64,000 nucleotides of DNA from Octopus sinensis (taxonomy: Eukaryota): the NCBI RefSeq assembly GCF_006345805.1, contig NC_043006.1, positions 64,480,001 to 64,544,000 of the forward strand, written 5' to 3'. This document shows positions 37,851 to 51,830 of the stretch, one piece after another. Below the pieces are notes generated by a model that was given only the letters and a program-made list of their open reading frames with translations, did not search any database and had not been told where the DNA came from. The translations under genes and the position numbers were made by a program. Position 1 is the first letter of the stretch; the number at the start of each line of letters is the position of its first letter.

Positions 37851-38824
37851 TTATTTTAAGCAGCAGAACATTCACAAAATCGGTTACTCTGAGTTTCTCG
37901 TTGCCGTTCATCAGACAGTTTTGCTAGAATGGAACCGATATATATATATATATATATACATACACATATATACATATATATATATATGTATATACATACA
38001 TATATATATATATATATACATATATATATAGGTATATACATACATTCATATACGTTATATATATATCATATATACATACATATATATATATATTATATAT
38101 ATCCATATATCATATATACATATATATATATGTATATATATATATATCATACATATACATTATACATATATGTATATACATACATATATATATACACACA
38201 CACACACACATACATATAGAGAAAGGTGGAGAGAGAGAGGAAGAGCAAGAGAAAAGAGAGAGAGATACATACTTAATACATACATATACACACAGCTCAA
38301 CAATTTGTATGCAACATTCATCAATATGCACACACAGACACACAATGCATGCTATAGTGCAAAGAAGCTGCCTAGGCTTTCACAGAGCATGTCCACACAT
38401 GGATGCATTTATATATAAGAGTGGATGGGGGGTATGTACGTCTTTTCGATGTGACCTTAAACTTACGCATATATTTCATTTGAGCACTCAGACTTCAAAT
38501 TCAAAACTCCTTTGTTGTGGTAAGTGCTGGATTGTGTATACAACAATGTGTGTATGTGTATACACACACACACATATATATTATATATGATATTTATATA
38601 TACATACATCATTATATATATATATAATGATGTATTTAACGGCGGTGCATCAGCATGGCCGCAGCTCTAAGCTGAAACTAGAAAAAAAAGAAAAAAAAAA
38701 TATATATATATTATATATATATATAATACACACACATATACATACATCATCATCATCGTTTAACGTCCGTTGGCAATGATGATGTATGTATATATATGTA
38801 TAAATATATGTATATGTATATATA

Positions 38825-38855
<31 letters not shown>

Positions 38856-38879
38856 GATGTATGTATATGTGTATATATA

Positions 38880-38936
<57 letters not shown>

Positions 38937-39060
38937 GATGTATGTACATGTATATATATATATATGTGTGTATACATATACATATATATATATAATATAT
39001 ATACATAAATGTGCAGATATGACATATGTGTGTACATAGATATATACACAAAGACATACA
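37770..39060. repeat. Compound (TA)n/(CA)n/(TG)n microsatellite region
   Basis: Read directly; it is the source of the many I/Y/H/T-rich spurious ORFs. Confidence 0.95.
37880..37919 (-). ncRNA. Minimal type I hammerhead ribozyme-like motif inside a ~90-bp insert in a (TA)n tract
   Basis: The minus strand reads ACTGT-CTGATGA-A-CG-GCAA-CG-A-GAAA-CTCAGAG-TA-ACCGA: intact core, GNRA-capped stem II and near-palindromic stem III. Stem I is partly mismatched (3 of 5 pairs). Confidence 0.62.
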
Positions 39061-39289
39061 CATGTAATCTATGTACACAAAATCTCACATATACACACAC
39101 ACATACCTGCATATTTATTGATATTCAAAACATGCTTACAGCAGCATGTTGTGAAATACATTCTCACACACACAGACACACACACACACAAAACATGCAT
39201 GTAAAGAATAGCAACACAAGTCCATGTACTGCAAGAATGCGCGATCTGCCACTGCTGCATGTAAGAAAATAGATTGTTGTAAGCGATGG

Positions 39290-41719
39290 TGGTGGCGGCA
39301 GTGTGCATGTATGTGTGTGGTGTTGGTGGGGGTTTACAGTGTGACTAACGCCATCCTTTTACGCTACTGCCGCCAATGTTGAGCTGTTGCCATCACCACC
39401 ATACCCACCCTGGCCATTGAAACCATCAAATATAACCACCCCAAGCATACCATCCATCATTATCACTATGCCAATCTGCAAAATTAACCACCAGACCACG
39501 AATACTATCAAAAGAACTACCAAAGCCATCTATAACCACCACCACCACCACCATCACCATCACCATCATCATCATCTTCATCATCATCATCAACAACAAC
39601 AACAACAGTAGCAGCATCACCGGTGACTACTGCTAATTCTCTGGAGACAAAGGAGGCTACACATGGCTACTCGGCTAGCTAGAAATAGCAACTAATTCCA
39701 CCTTCCCCTCGAATTACACCCCCAGCATCTTTGAAAAAGGAAACATTGAATAAAGTAGTTGTGGGTTTCCTGCAAACAGGGAACAGACAGGACAGTCATG
39801 TCTGGAATGTCTTTGATTAGAGGCCTACTTGATCAGGGATTGACTTGGGGCTAAACAATAAATTCTCTAACAAACAACAATGACAACCACCGTCAGCACC
39901 ACCACCACCATTACTGCTGCCATCACCAACACCGTCACTACACCACCACCAACAGAATCAGCACCATCAATACCACTGTAACCCACCATCACCATTACCA
40001 CCACCAACATCGGCATCCAATTAAATCCACCTCACTGCATTGCAATGTTTCTTACCTGACCCATACCCCTTGGAGTTACTGTCCCACCAACAGTCGGAGC
40101 TATGCGCTGCAGACATGGTCTCGAGAGGTAACAGACAGCCGTCCATCCCAAACCCCCACCACCACTGCTTCTGGCCATTATTAAGTGAAAGGAGGCTGCT
40201 GCCATCATCAGCCGTGAATGAGAATGGAGAAGGTGGAATGCAAGAAGGTCGCAATGGGGAAGGGTGCAGGAGTGAGGACGACGCAAGAAGAGGTACGAGA
40301 GAAGGGGGTGGGTGAGTGTGAAATCAATAATCTCCGCTTCCTCCTCCTCCTCCTTCTACACATCCACTGCCACCACCACCACCACTAGGTCCTCGTTTCC
40401 GCCTCGGTTATTGATTTTGTACAAGTATTGCTACCATGACAGACACCAACACTATCACCACCACCACCACCACTGCCAGACTCAGACACCGCTGCTTACA
40501 ACAACAGCAACACTCTTTTAATGATACCACCAACACCACCACTACCACCAACACCATGCAAACAAACAAGACCACTCACAGTAGTATTACTACCACATGT
40601 TAGCGCTACTACCACATGTCTAACACCGCTGCCAGCTGCAGATAGTATTTGCATTATAACTATAATACTACCACATGTGAGCACAACACTACTTACCACT
40701 ACATGTAAGATACCATTTACAATATAATCCAGTGCAATCACTACCTTTACCAACACCCACATGTAGCACCAACACCACATGTAGCACCGATATCACTACT
40801 ACATGTGAAATACCACCAACACAAGAATACCAGTAAGAACTATCAAAAAATGCAATTGCTTCTGCCATTATTTAACTATTACAACAGTAACAAGAATTCG
40901 GGATGGCCACCATCGCCACCACCATCACTACCAACTTCACCACCACCATCATCAGTAGTATTTATGCACTCCAAAGAGATACCACTGCTATGGAATTATC
41001 ACAACCACAACCACAACCACCACCACCTCTATTAAAATAACAAACACTATCACCATAAACAGAACTGTAGGCATAGACATTTGCTTTCACCGTCTCCTCT
41101 TACTACTACCACTATCACTATCGCCCCCCCCCCCCCCCGAACAACAACAACAACAACTATTAAGAACCAGAGAATTGATGACATGACTAATGCCACCCAT
41201 TTGCACTGCAGCAGCAACAAAAACCAGGAAACAACCACCAGTGGTACCACCACCACAGCCAGCACTAGAGCACAACCACACCACACTACTACTACTATTA
41301 ACACCATGACCACCACCAAATGTACTATTACTACCACCACCACCACCACCACTACTACTGCCACACCAACAACAACAACACTTCAAGTACAACTACTACT
41401 ACTACTACTACCAGACTGCAATCACACCAATGGCACTACTACTACTACTGCTGGCACCCATGCTAAGACTAGTACATGGCAAGCAGCCAGCAGAATGCAG
41501 CAACTGCCACACATGATGGCACATACAAATGCAGAAAACGTGAGTGTGTGCGCATTTGTGCATGCATGCATGCATGCATGTGTGCAGTGGTTGTGAGCGA
41601 TTCAAGTTAGCACCATCAATGTTTGTTAGCAGGAATTATTACTGAATGATGTGGGTGGTTATGATGACGATGATGATGATGGTGGTGGTGGTAGTGGTGG
41701 CAGCTGATTATGACACCTG

Positions 41720-41751
<32 letters not shown>

Positions 41752-42520
41752 GTTGTGGTGGTGGTGGTGGTGGTGGCGGTGGTAATTGATTACGACATTT
41801 ATGGTGATGGTGCTGATACTGGTAGTGAGGTTGATAATGTTTGTGATGGTTGTAGCAGACGTGGTGGTGTTGGTGATGGTGATGGTGGTCGTGGTGGTGT
41901 TGTGGGCAATGGTATTGCTTATTGTGACGATAGTATTGCTGATGATGATTATGATGGGGAAGGTGGTGGTGGCGAAGATAATGGTAATGATGTCTGATAA
42001 TGGAAGCAGACAGATGAAATGATCATAATGATGATGATGATGAAGATAATGGCAAACAACACCCGCCCTCTGAATGGGGTGGGGGGCGAGTTGCTGTTGT
42101 TGTTGGTGGTGGTGGTGGTGATGGTGAGGATGACAATAATGATAACAGCCGCAGTAGTAGTGCAGCAGCAGCTGCAGCAGCTAGTTGTTGTTGCTACAGA
42201 GGAGGATTATAATGTTGGCAATGGATCCTGTTGAAAATGATAATGTTGCCGACGACAACCATTACGTTGTTGATGCTGACTTCAGTAATGAAGATGGCGG
42301 CAGTGATGGTATCAGTGGTGAGGATGGTGGTGGCGATGGTAATAAAAATGGTGGTGGTGGTGGTTATGGTGGTTGCAATGTTGCTGCCAGTGATAATAGG
42401 GTTGGTAATGTTGGTGTTGGTGGTGATGGTGGGGTGACGATGTTAAAGGTGGTGGTGATGGTGGCAGTAGAGGCGACAGTGGTGGTGGTGCTGCTGCTGA
42501 TTATGATGAATGCCATGTCA
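39290..42520. repeat. Cryptic trinucleotide low-complexity domain (CAC/CAA/TAC, then GAT/GGT)
   Basis: Read directly. Confidence 0.9.
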
Positions 42521-42699
42521 ACTTTTGATAAATGCCTAGAAAGCCAGAATTACTGTACGTGTGTGGTGTGTGTATGTGATTTGTACAAATATGTTGATAT
42601 AATACATGTGTCTATATGTAAATGTATACACTGTGCGTGTATGTGCGTATGATGTCTTCAAGTGGCTGGAATGTATGTGAACTGAGAGTGGAATGGAAC

Positions 42700-43960
42700 A
42701 TGAACAGCAAGGAGAGTGGGGAGGAATATCAATGAGATGAAAAGGGAGAGTTAAAAAAAGAGGAATGAAGAATGACAGACAGAAGAGAAAGAAGAGAGAA
42801 AGACAGACAGCTGGTGAGGAGAGTAAGGAAGAATGATAGACATCTGAAATGAAGAGTACAGGAGAGATGGAGAGTAGAGAGAAAGGGTGACTGACATCTG
42901 ATGAGGAGAGGGATGAGATATGGTAAACATATGAGACAGAGGATTGAGAGAGACAGTTGAAGGAGGTGTAAAGGGTGATTGGGGAGGGTGAGTGAAGAGA
43001 AATGAAAGTGAAAGTAAACGGATATAGAGAGAGGAGAGACAGCTGATGTGGAGAGGAATGGAGGAATGATAATGAGGTAGGGGTGGATGAATGAGCAAGA
43101 ATGAGAGAGAGTTCTTGAGATGAAGCAACTAACAGAATCTGAAGAATGATGGAGAAGAATGTTTGTATGATTAAACATTGAAAGGGTGGGGTGGGGACAA
43201 GGGAGAAAGCCAGGAAGAGACTATAGGGGAGGGTATGGAGAGGCAGAAGGGATGTAAACAAGATACACTTAGACAAAATAGAGAGGGTTGCATGGCTGGA
43301 TAAATAAGTAGATGGACAGATAGACATATTGATGGATGGATGGATGGATGGATGGATGGATGGATAGTAATAGATGACTAGAGGAATGGCTATTCATTAT
43401 ATATAGATGGAAAAAGTGAAGAAATAGAGAGAGGAAGGAGAAAGTGAGAAGCAAGAAAAGAGAGAAAGGTAAGGAATCGGATAGGTAGACAGACTTGTAG
43501 ACTTAAGCCAGACTCAAGAAAGATAGAAAGAAACAGAAAACATAGGAAGGCAGCAGGAGGGGATGGGGATGAGGTACTTCTTGTGGAAGAGAAGAAAGTA
43601 AGCTAAAACAGGGGAAGAGAGGGAGAGGAGGTGAATGGAAGGTCGAAAAATAGAGATAGATGCAACTCAAAGAAAGAGTTGGAACAGCTTGTATGTAGGA
43701 TGTATATATACATGTTCATGTGTGTATGAGAGAAAAAGAGAAAGAAAGGTGGGAAGCAGATTATAGTACAGTACGCACACCAAAATTTCTTAATGTGTGT
43801 GTGTGTGTGTGTATGTGTGTGTACTTGAGCAGAGTCGGGTGAACAGATGGTAGCTTGTATATGAGAGAGAAAGATATAGAGACAAATGGAGAAAAAGAGA
43901 GGCGGCAGAGGGAGAAAGAAGAGTGTATAAATCTGTAAAATATTTCTACACACACACACA
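42700..43960. repeat. Purine-rich (GA/GGA/GAT) low-complexity tract
   Basis: Read directly; strong A+G strand bias over ~1.2 kb. Confidence 0.88.
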
Positions 43961-45063
43961 TACACTCATACAGCACCAGACTAAATCTTTGCTGCACTTA
44001 GTTATCTCCCCTCAGATTCTGAATTGAAATAAAACCCCAGGACCATTCACTATTGAGACGTCTTTTGACCGCCTTCTACCAATGTATGGACCTCAGGCCA
44101 ATGAGATAAATATATAAGCACGCACTTAACAAGGAACCTATATGCAGTTGCTGGAAATAGAAATAGCAGCCAAATCCCCCTGAAATCACACATCCTTCAT
44201 AGACTATATCTGAAAAATAGATGTGATGGTCACAAATGGATGACATTTTGATTATAGCTCAGTTGGCTCAAGACTGTTCTGTACGTCAAGCCACATCTTA
44301 TTATGTGTAGAACACTGTTTTTGTGTTTTCTGTAGTTTGTAGTGGGGGTCCAGGTAGGAGTGGAAAATGGATTCATGGAACTAAGTATTGCCTGTACACC
44401 ATCAGAGAGGAGATGGTCCTGTTATCTTTTAGTTGCCTCAATCACTGGACTGTAGCCATGCTGGGGCACTGTCATTTAAGGGTTTTAAGCAAATCTACCC
44501 CAGTATTCATCTCGCCAAACAATGGTGGGACAAACACAGACATGTGTGTATGGACGTATATCTTTGTTTTGGAACAGTGAATCTCAAAGCTAGGAAATAA
44601 TAGCTTTAAAAAAAAACCCTTTGAATAGAGAAGTCAAAAGCTGCCTACAGGACTTGAACCCATGTCTTCTGCAAACATTGGATCAAAGCAATCCTTTGGA
44701 TTTCTTTATACATTTTAGAAACTTCTTACCAGTGAGAATTGTATATCGTTGACATTGTAAATTTCTAAATCCCTATGACCAGTGTGTGTGCGTGCGCGTG
44801 CGTGCATGCATATATACATCACAGTACTGAACAAGACCATCAGATGCTGTTATATACCATTGGCCACAATGCAATTCCAATTCTGTTTCGATTGCAGCAT
44901 TCTTCCCATCTTGACCCGAATTGCTTAACGAAATCGTCTTCCAAGTGTCCTGTTCTGATCTCTTGGATAACACTTGGCAACTGATGTCTGTGAACCATGT
45001 GGCACATCCAGCACAGAGGAGCTGGTGCTTTCAATACCCTGTACAGAGTGTGCGTGTGTGTAC

Positions 45064-45101
<38 letters not shown>

Positions 45102-46639
45102 CTATTGGCTTCCACACAGTTTCTGTCTACCAAAATCACTCAGAAGGGATTGGTCTACATACTGAACCCAAAACCACAGAGTTGCAAAGTGACCTTCCTA
45201 ACTCCAACAACCATACCTGCACCTGCACAACTATCTATTTTATCATATTACTACTACTACTACTAATAATAATAATCAGGATAATTTCTATCAAAGACAT
45301 TGAGCCAGGAAGTTTTTAGTGCAGTGCTGTTTAGTTCAGGGTTTCTCATTAGTGACGGGGAGGGGTGGAGGTCGACGAGGTATGGGCAAATTGCAATCTT
45401 TTATTACTTATTTCTTTCAGTCACTGGACTGTGGCCATGTTGGGGCACTGCTTTGACAAGTTTCAGTCAAATGACTTGACCTTGGTACTTGTTTTGTCAG
45501 TCTGGTTTTTGCCCAAATGCTAAGTTACACAGACATAAACCAACATCATGTGCCAAGCAGGATACGGGCACATGGGTACACACACACACACACACACACA
45601 TATAGGTGCCACAGAGTAGGATTGAACCTGGAACCAAATGGTTGGGAAGCAAACTTCTTACCACACAGCCATTCCTGCACTTATGTTTAATGAAACTGTG
45701 ATTGTTTTCAACTTTTTATTCTCATCCAAAACCAAAATGCAAACAGAAGAATTGTATGGACACTAACTATAGGCACTGGTGGGGACTATGTGGCATGAAG
45801 TTTGGTTCCAAATCACATAGTTCTAGGTTCAGTCCTACTGTGTGGTACCTTAGGCAAGTGTCATGTACTATATCACTGGGCCAATCAAAGGGAAACTGAA
45901 AGAAACCCATCATGTGTGTGTGTGTACGCATGTGCACATCTGTATGTGTTTGTCCCTCCACCAACACTTAACAGCTGTTGTTGGTTTGTTTGTGTCCCCA
46001 TAATGTAGTGATTCAGTAAAATGAAACAGACAAAATAAGTATTAAACAAATAAGGACTGGGGGCTCATCTGGCCGATGAAATCCTTCATAGCGGTGCCCC
46101 AGCATGGCCACAATCCAATGACTGAAACAAATAAAAGATAAATTTGTTTTGTCGTTCCATTAGTAATTCGAGAGGAGGGACAAAAATTTGAGGACTACGA
46201 AAGCAAGCCTCAACCTCTTTACATAACAAGTAACTTTTATCAACCTTCAAAAAACAACATAAAGTTCGGTTCCATCTTCGGCAGGGTTTGAACCGAGAAT
46301 GTAAGAAGACACAACTAAATGTAGCAAAGTATTTCGTCCAGAGCTCTACTAATTACAAAATGAAACACTCACCGCTTTATAGAGGGGACCTGCTGTTTGG
46401 AGGCTGTCGAAAGTTGTACCACATTACATTGCCTCGCATTTATGTTTTTACTTAGGTTGACCAGTCCATTTGTTGAAGGCAACAATTCTACTGAGGTGCA
46501 CACAAAATATCACCACCACCACCATCAGCATCATCTGCTGCTGGTGCTGCCACCACAGCCACCACCTCCACCTCCACCACCACTACTACTAGCTAATTTG
46601 AGCTGGTATAAGGTAGATGAGAAAAACAATATTCATATA

Positions 46640-46677
<38 letters not shown>

Positions 46678-48231
46678 CACACACACTCACAAACATAACA
46701 CACACAATGTGCAAAAAAACTCCATGTCATCAAATTAATTATAACCAACATCATCATCATCAAACCGATGATTGATTCTCTTTGCTTTTCAAGTTTTTAT
46801 TTTTGCTTTCATTTCATTTTTGTTTACTTTTTATATTTTTTTATTTATTTTTTTTTTTTATTTTACTACAGTTAATTAGACGTGGACTGCTGGACCACTC
46901 ACATATGTTACCATGACAACTGTACAGTGTGCTGTAGCTGCAACAGTTTGTGTTAGCCTGCCAGGTGAATGGAACAGATGGGGAGAGGGGGGTATCAGGG
47001 TGGTGGAGAGAGGTGGGGTCGAAGGAAATGATGATTATGATGTCTAAGTGCATGCATACAACACATTTGCTTTTGTGTGTGTGTGTGTGTGTTTGAAGAA
47101 AAGAGAACAGTCAATTAGCATGTAATTTTTTCTTCTTTTTTTTCTTTCATTAACCAAAGGAAGAAATGTAACAGGGAAGGGACAGTGCCCCCAGTTTTTT
47201 TCTTTTGTTTTGTTTTGTTTTCTTTTAGGCAATCCATAGAATAGGGAATACGGATAGCTATAAGGATAGCCGTGCAAAATTAATCATTCCCTTTGACATC
47301 AGCATCATTATCATGATCAGAAACAGAATACAGTCATCACCCTTTAGCATTTAAACCAGCCATATCGGGCCCAAATATTAAACCCGTTTTATGTCCAAAC
47401 CACCCAGATCTAGCCTCTCACACTAACCCTACAATGTCATTATCACTTCATCAACATCTCAAAGCTATGAGATAAAGCATGATTAATTCAAAACTATGTG
47501 AATAAATCATCATCATCATCATCCTCGTTTAACGTCCACTTTCCATACTGACATGGGTTGGATGATTTGAGTGAGGACTGGCAAGCCAGAAGGCTGCACC
47601 AGGCTCCAATCTGATCTGGTAAGGCTCCTACAGGTGGATGCCCTTCCTAATGCCAACCACTCCGAGAGTGTAGTAGGTGCTTTATGCATGCTGCCAGCAC
47701 AAGGGCCAGGCAGGCGATACTGGCGTCAACCATGCTTGAATGGTGCTTTTAATGTGCCACCGGCATGGGAGCCAGTCAGGCGGATCTCAATGCTAAAGGA
47801 TTAAAATAGCACCTACCAAATCTATTGTCTTCATTTGTAGCAACACCAGAGAAAATCAAATCTAACTGACCATCCATAACTCAACAACATAGATATACTA
47901 CAACACAGACGGCAACAATGCTATGGGGTTGTATACAACTACTTTTACACAATATTCACTTCACATGTAAAAGACAGTGAAATAAGCACTGGTGCTGGTG
48001 CAACATGAAAAGCATTGGTGCACCCTGTACACTCTGTAAAGTAGACTGTGTTTGCCCGAAGCAACATTGTTTATGCTAATACAGGATTTTCTATTTTAGT
48101 TATTTGTTTGGTCTGGAGGAAGCAGTGCCCTTTGCAGGCTGTTTTAGACTGGTGAGATCAATGCCATTAACAACCACCTGCTGAAACTGTTGCAATATTC
48201 AGCCATTACATTTCTATGTATATATATAGTG

Positions 48232-48579
48232 CAGCGTTTCTAAACTGGGGTTCCCTGGATCCCTATGGTTCCACAAAAGATTCCTAGGGGTTCTGCGAGA
48301 AAGAGCAAGTTAAGCTAGTGCTAATTCTATGATCGTAATATTACTATACATGCACAACATATTATTGGTTATTGTAATATAGACATCGTCCTATCTAACC
48401 TATTATGTTATCAAAAAAATATTTATATATATACACACATGACATTTACGATATTTACCATGTGAACTACAATGAAAAAAATGAGAAAGATATAGTGTAT
48501 AATTTTTTTTGTGCAGGGGTTCCTTGAGACGTAATTTATTTTAAGGGTTACGCAAGGGTAAAAAAGTTGAGAAACCCTG
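48232..48579. mobile_element. hAT-like MITE (different family)
   Basis: Imperfect TIRs CAGCGTTTCTAAAC / GTTGAGAAACCCTG; no convincing TSD. Confidence 0.6.
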
Positions 48580-50046
48580 ATACTAAGTATAGTATGAGGA
48601 CCCAGCACCAAGACAAGACATTCAGTTATCTCCCTTCCAGCTACTCTCACACACCCTTGCAATAATGTGAGATAGCCTTGTGTCTCCCCTGTAGCAAGAT
48701 ACCTGTGCTTATCCTTCTATCATATTTTGGCCTTCAATACCTAGCATAAAGCTACCATCTACTGCCTTAGACAAGAAGGCTTTTTCCCTTCTGCTTTCTT
48801 TACTTTTGTCTTCCAAGTTACTTGGCAACCTCACTGGTGCCAGTTTCAGAAAAAGGTAATAAGAATAAAACAGAAAAAGGGTATCTAGTACACACTGTAA
48901 AGTGGTTGGCTTTAAGAAGGGTACCCAACTATAGAAATCATGTCCAAGGTGACATTGGGGTCTGACACTGCTCCGCAGCTGGTCAAACCCTGTCAAACCA
49001 GCCAACCCATGCTAATATGGAAAATAGATATTAGATGATGATGATGACAACAATGGTGATGATGATGACAACAATGGTGATGATGATGACAACAATGGTG
49101 ATGATGATGACAAGAGGTGGTGGTGGTGGTGGTGACGATGATAGATGTGTATAAGATATAAGTGTGAAGCTACAGAACCAACAAGAGAAGATAGTTACCT
49201 AAGTAAATGTTAAATGTGTACAAAATACAATGGAAAAGGCCCAGCAGTAAAAGAGAAGATACTTGGTTACTACCTAGTTGTACACAGAGTACAGATTAGG
49301 CAGAACACCATGTGACAAAGACCCACTAATAAAATACATTATGAGTAGCCACAAAATAAGGAACAAAGGACCATAAGCCACAAATAAATATCCACAAGTG
49401 GTCTGTAACTGATCTGGAGGACATCATACAAGGGACAGCAAAATATAACTCTCCTGCTAGGATAGAGAAAGACTATGCAATGAGGAAGAAAGAGGAGAAC
49501 GGCTTGTTAATGTATTAATGTGATTTTTAAGGGTAGTTTGTAAAGAGGCAGCAATAGCAAGGGATAGCTTACCAACAAAAAAAGTGATCTGACATTTGCA
49601 ATGTGAAGGACAGGCAATATCAGATGATTTCACCTCCACCAAGTCTAATGGTGCACAATGGCTATAAGGCAGTGCTACACAAAGTAAGGTCCGTGGACCG
49701 GTGCTGGCCTGCGAGCCATCAGCTGCCCGTATGCGGAGAGTTTCCAGAAAAGAAAGAAACATTATAAAATGCTTATGTAATATTGTGTTGTTTGTTTACA
49801 AAATAAATATAAGATTTTTTTTTAAATGTCAACTTTTATTATATTAATTATATATATTGTTTCCAGTATAAATTAATATTACTAAGAAATATTACTGGTC
49901 CCTAGCACATTGGCAAAAAAAAAAAACTGCCAGTACGCCACATCAGATAGTTTGAGAAGGGATGCACTAAAATCACCCACCTGAATGAACACACACACTG
50001 ACAAGAATGTATGGACAGGAAAAGTGTGCATGCCAGTCGTCATCAT

Positions 50047-50298
50047 GGCATTCCGTCGGCTACGATGACAAGGGTTCCAGTCAACCTGATCAACGGAACA
50101 GCCTGCTCATGAAATTAACGTGTAAGTGGCTGAGCACTCCACAGACACATGGTACCTTTAACATAGTTCTCGGGGAGATTCAGCGTGACAGGGCTGGCCC
50201 TTTGAAATACAGGTACAACAGAAGCAGGAAGAATGAGTGAGAGAAAGTTGTGGTGAAAGAGTACAGCAGGGATCACCACCACCACTCCCTGCCAGAGC
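50047..50298 (-). mobile_element. SINE family B, lacking the tRNA head
   Basis: Colinear with the 3' two-thirds of 12346-12732. Other partial copies lie at ~4228-4400 (3' part) and ~37073-37259 (5' part). Confidence 0.85.
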
Positions 50299-50580
50299 AT
50301 GCAAGTATATTTGACAGAAACTAGTGTAGTGTAGCGTATATATGACAGTGTAGCATAGACACAGTGTAGTGGATATGTGACATTAATGGAGAATGTACTT
50401 GAGAGGTGACAGTGTAATTGACATATGATAGTGTAGTTGATAGAGAACAGAGTACACGACAGACAACAGTGTATATTTGGCCTATGACAATGTAGATGGT
50501 AGAGCACAGTACATGACAGAGGAAAGTGTAATTAATATGTGACTAGCTGACAGTGTAGTTTGATATGTGACAATGTAAAT

Positions 50581-50838
50581 CAGGAGTTCTCAACCATTTT
50601 TTACCCACAGACCTCTTTCATTCGGTTTGCATTCAGATGAACCCTGGTAGCTATTCAATGTTTAAAAAAATCCAATTATAGTTTTATAATTAAATATCAT
50701 TAGGTGTTGTATAAAAAAAAATTGTTAAAATACTTTGTGTATTATAAAAGTACAACCAGTTTATTGCAGATAAATTTGAACAACAAAATCTTACAGGGAG
50801 TTCCAAGGACCATTGAGGACCCTAGTTGAGACCCACTG
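50581..50838. mobile_element. hAT-like MITE inserted in a degenerate GACAGTGTAG repeat region
   Basis: Imperfect TIRs CAGGAGTTCTCAAC / GTTGAGACCCACTG; 8-bp flanks ATGTAAAT / GTGTGAAT (6 of 8 match). Confidence 0.6.
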
Positions 50839-51465
50839 GTGTGAATGAGAGAACAGAGTACATGATGCAGGACAGTGTAGCTAAGACATGTTGATAGTGT
50901 ATTTCAGTTGACAGAGAACAACAGCATGCTTTTGATCATTGGTCCTCTCAATCAAGGATGACCTGGAGCTAAACAACACACTATATAACATACTACTACT
51001 ATCGTTACTAAAAGGGTAAAGAGCCCCTTCAGTCACGAATGACCATGGCACTGCACCTAGAAAGTTCCCCTCCAAGGCACAAGTCCAGGCAAGGTTGTTT
51101 ATAGAAGATCAGGAGTCACCCATGCATTACCAGTCACTCCTCTCCACACCAATGTTATGCGATTCATTTCTCAATGTGAAATAAAGTGTCTTCCTCAAGA
51201 ACACAACACACAGCCCAGTCCTGGAATTGAACTCACTACCTCATGATTGTGAGCCTGACGTTCTACCCACTGATCCATGCGACTTCATAATTATCATTAC
51301 TACCATCATGATATTTACTCCAGCTGCTGCTGTTTCCCACCACCCACCCACTTCTTCATGGTGGTTCATGCTTTGATAATCCTTAGGATCATCCTTCTTG
51401 TTAAATATGACCCTACCTTGTGATGTTGATGTTCCCATTTTTCCAGGCCCCCACCCCCGCCCTGA

Positions 51466-51830
51466 CTAGCTCCCGTGCCGGTAGCATGTAAAATGCACCA
51501 TTCAAATGTGGCCGATGCCAGTGCCACCTAACTGGCTCCTGTGCTGGTGGCACTTAAAAACCACTATCTGAACGTGGCCAATGCCTGTGCGGGTGGCACA
51601 TAGAAAGCACCATCCAAACATGGGCGATGCCAGTGCCACTTGACTGGCTCCCATGCCGGTGGCACATAAAAAGCACCCACTATACACTATACAACGTGGT
51701 TGACGTTAGGAAGGCCATCCAGCTGTAGAAACATTGCCAGATCAGATTTTGAGCCTGGTGTGGCCTCCTGGATTGCCACCCCATGCCAGCATGGAAAACG
51801 GATATTAAATGATGATGATGATGATGATGA
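51466..51830 (+). mobile_element. Retroposon 3' end (family E) with internal tandem subrepeats and a (GAT)n tail
   Basis: The block GTTAGGAAGG.CATCCAGCTGTAGAAAC...GCATGGAAA..GGA..TTAAA.GATGATGAT is shared with ~47515-47790(-), 36180-36420(-), 48880-49040(+) and 57400-57545(+). Confidence 0.7.

Noticed and set aside
39290-42520. Additional TFAP4 or paralogous coding exons in the triplet-rich domain
   Set aside because: The ORFs are short, occur in all frames and lack conserved motifs or convincing splice pairs.
42536-43327. 263-aa ORF on the minus strand
   Set aside because: S/L/F-rich translation of a purine/pyrimidine-biased tract; no domain and no splice support.
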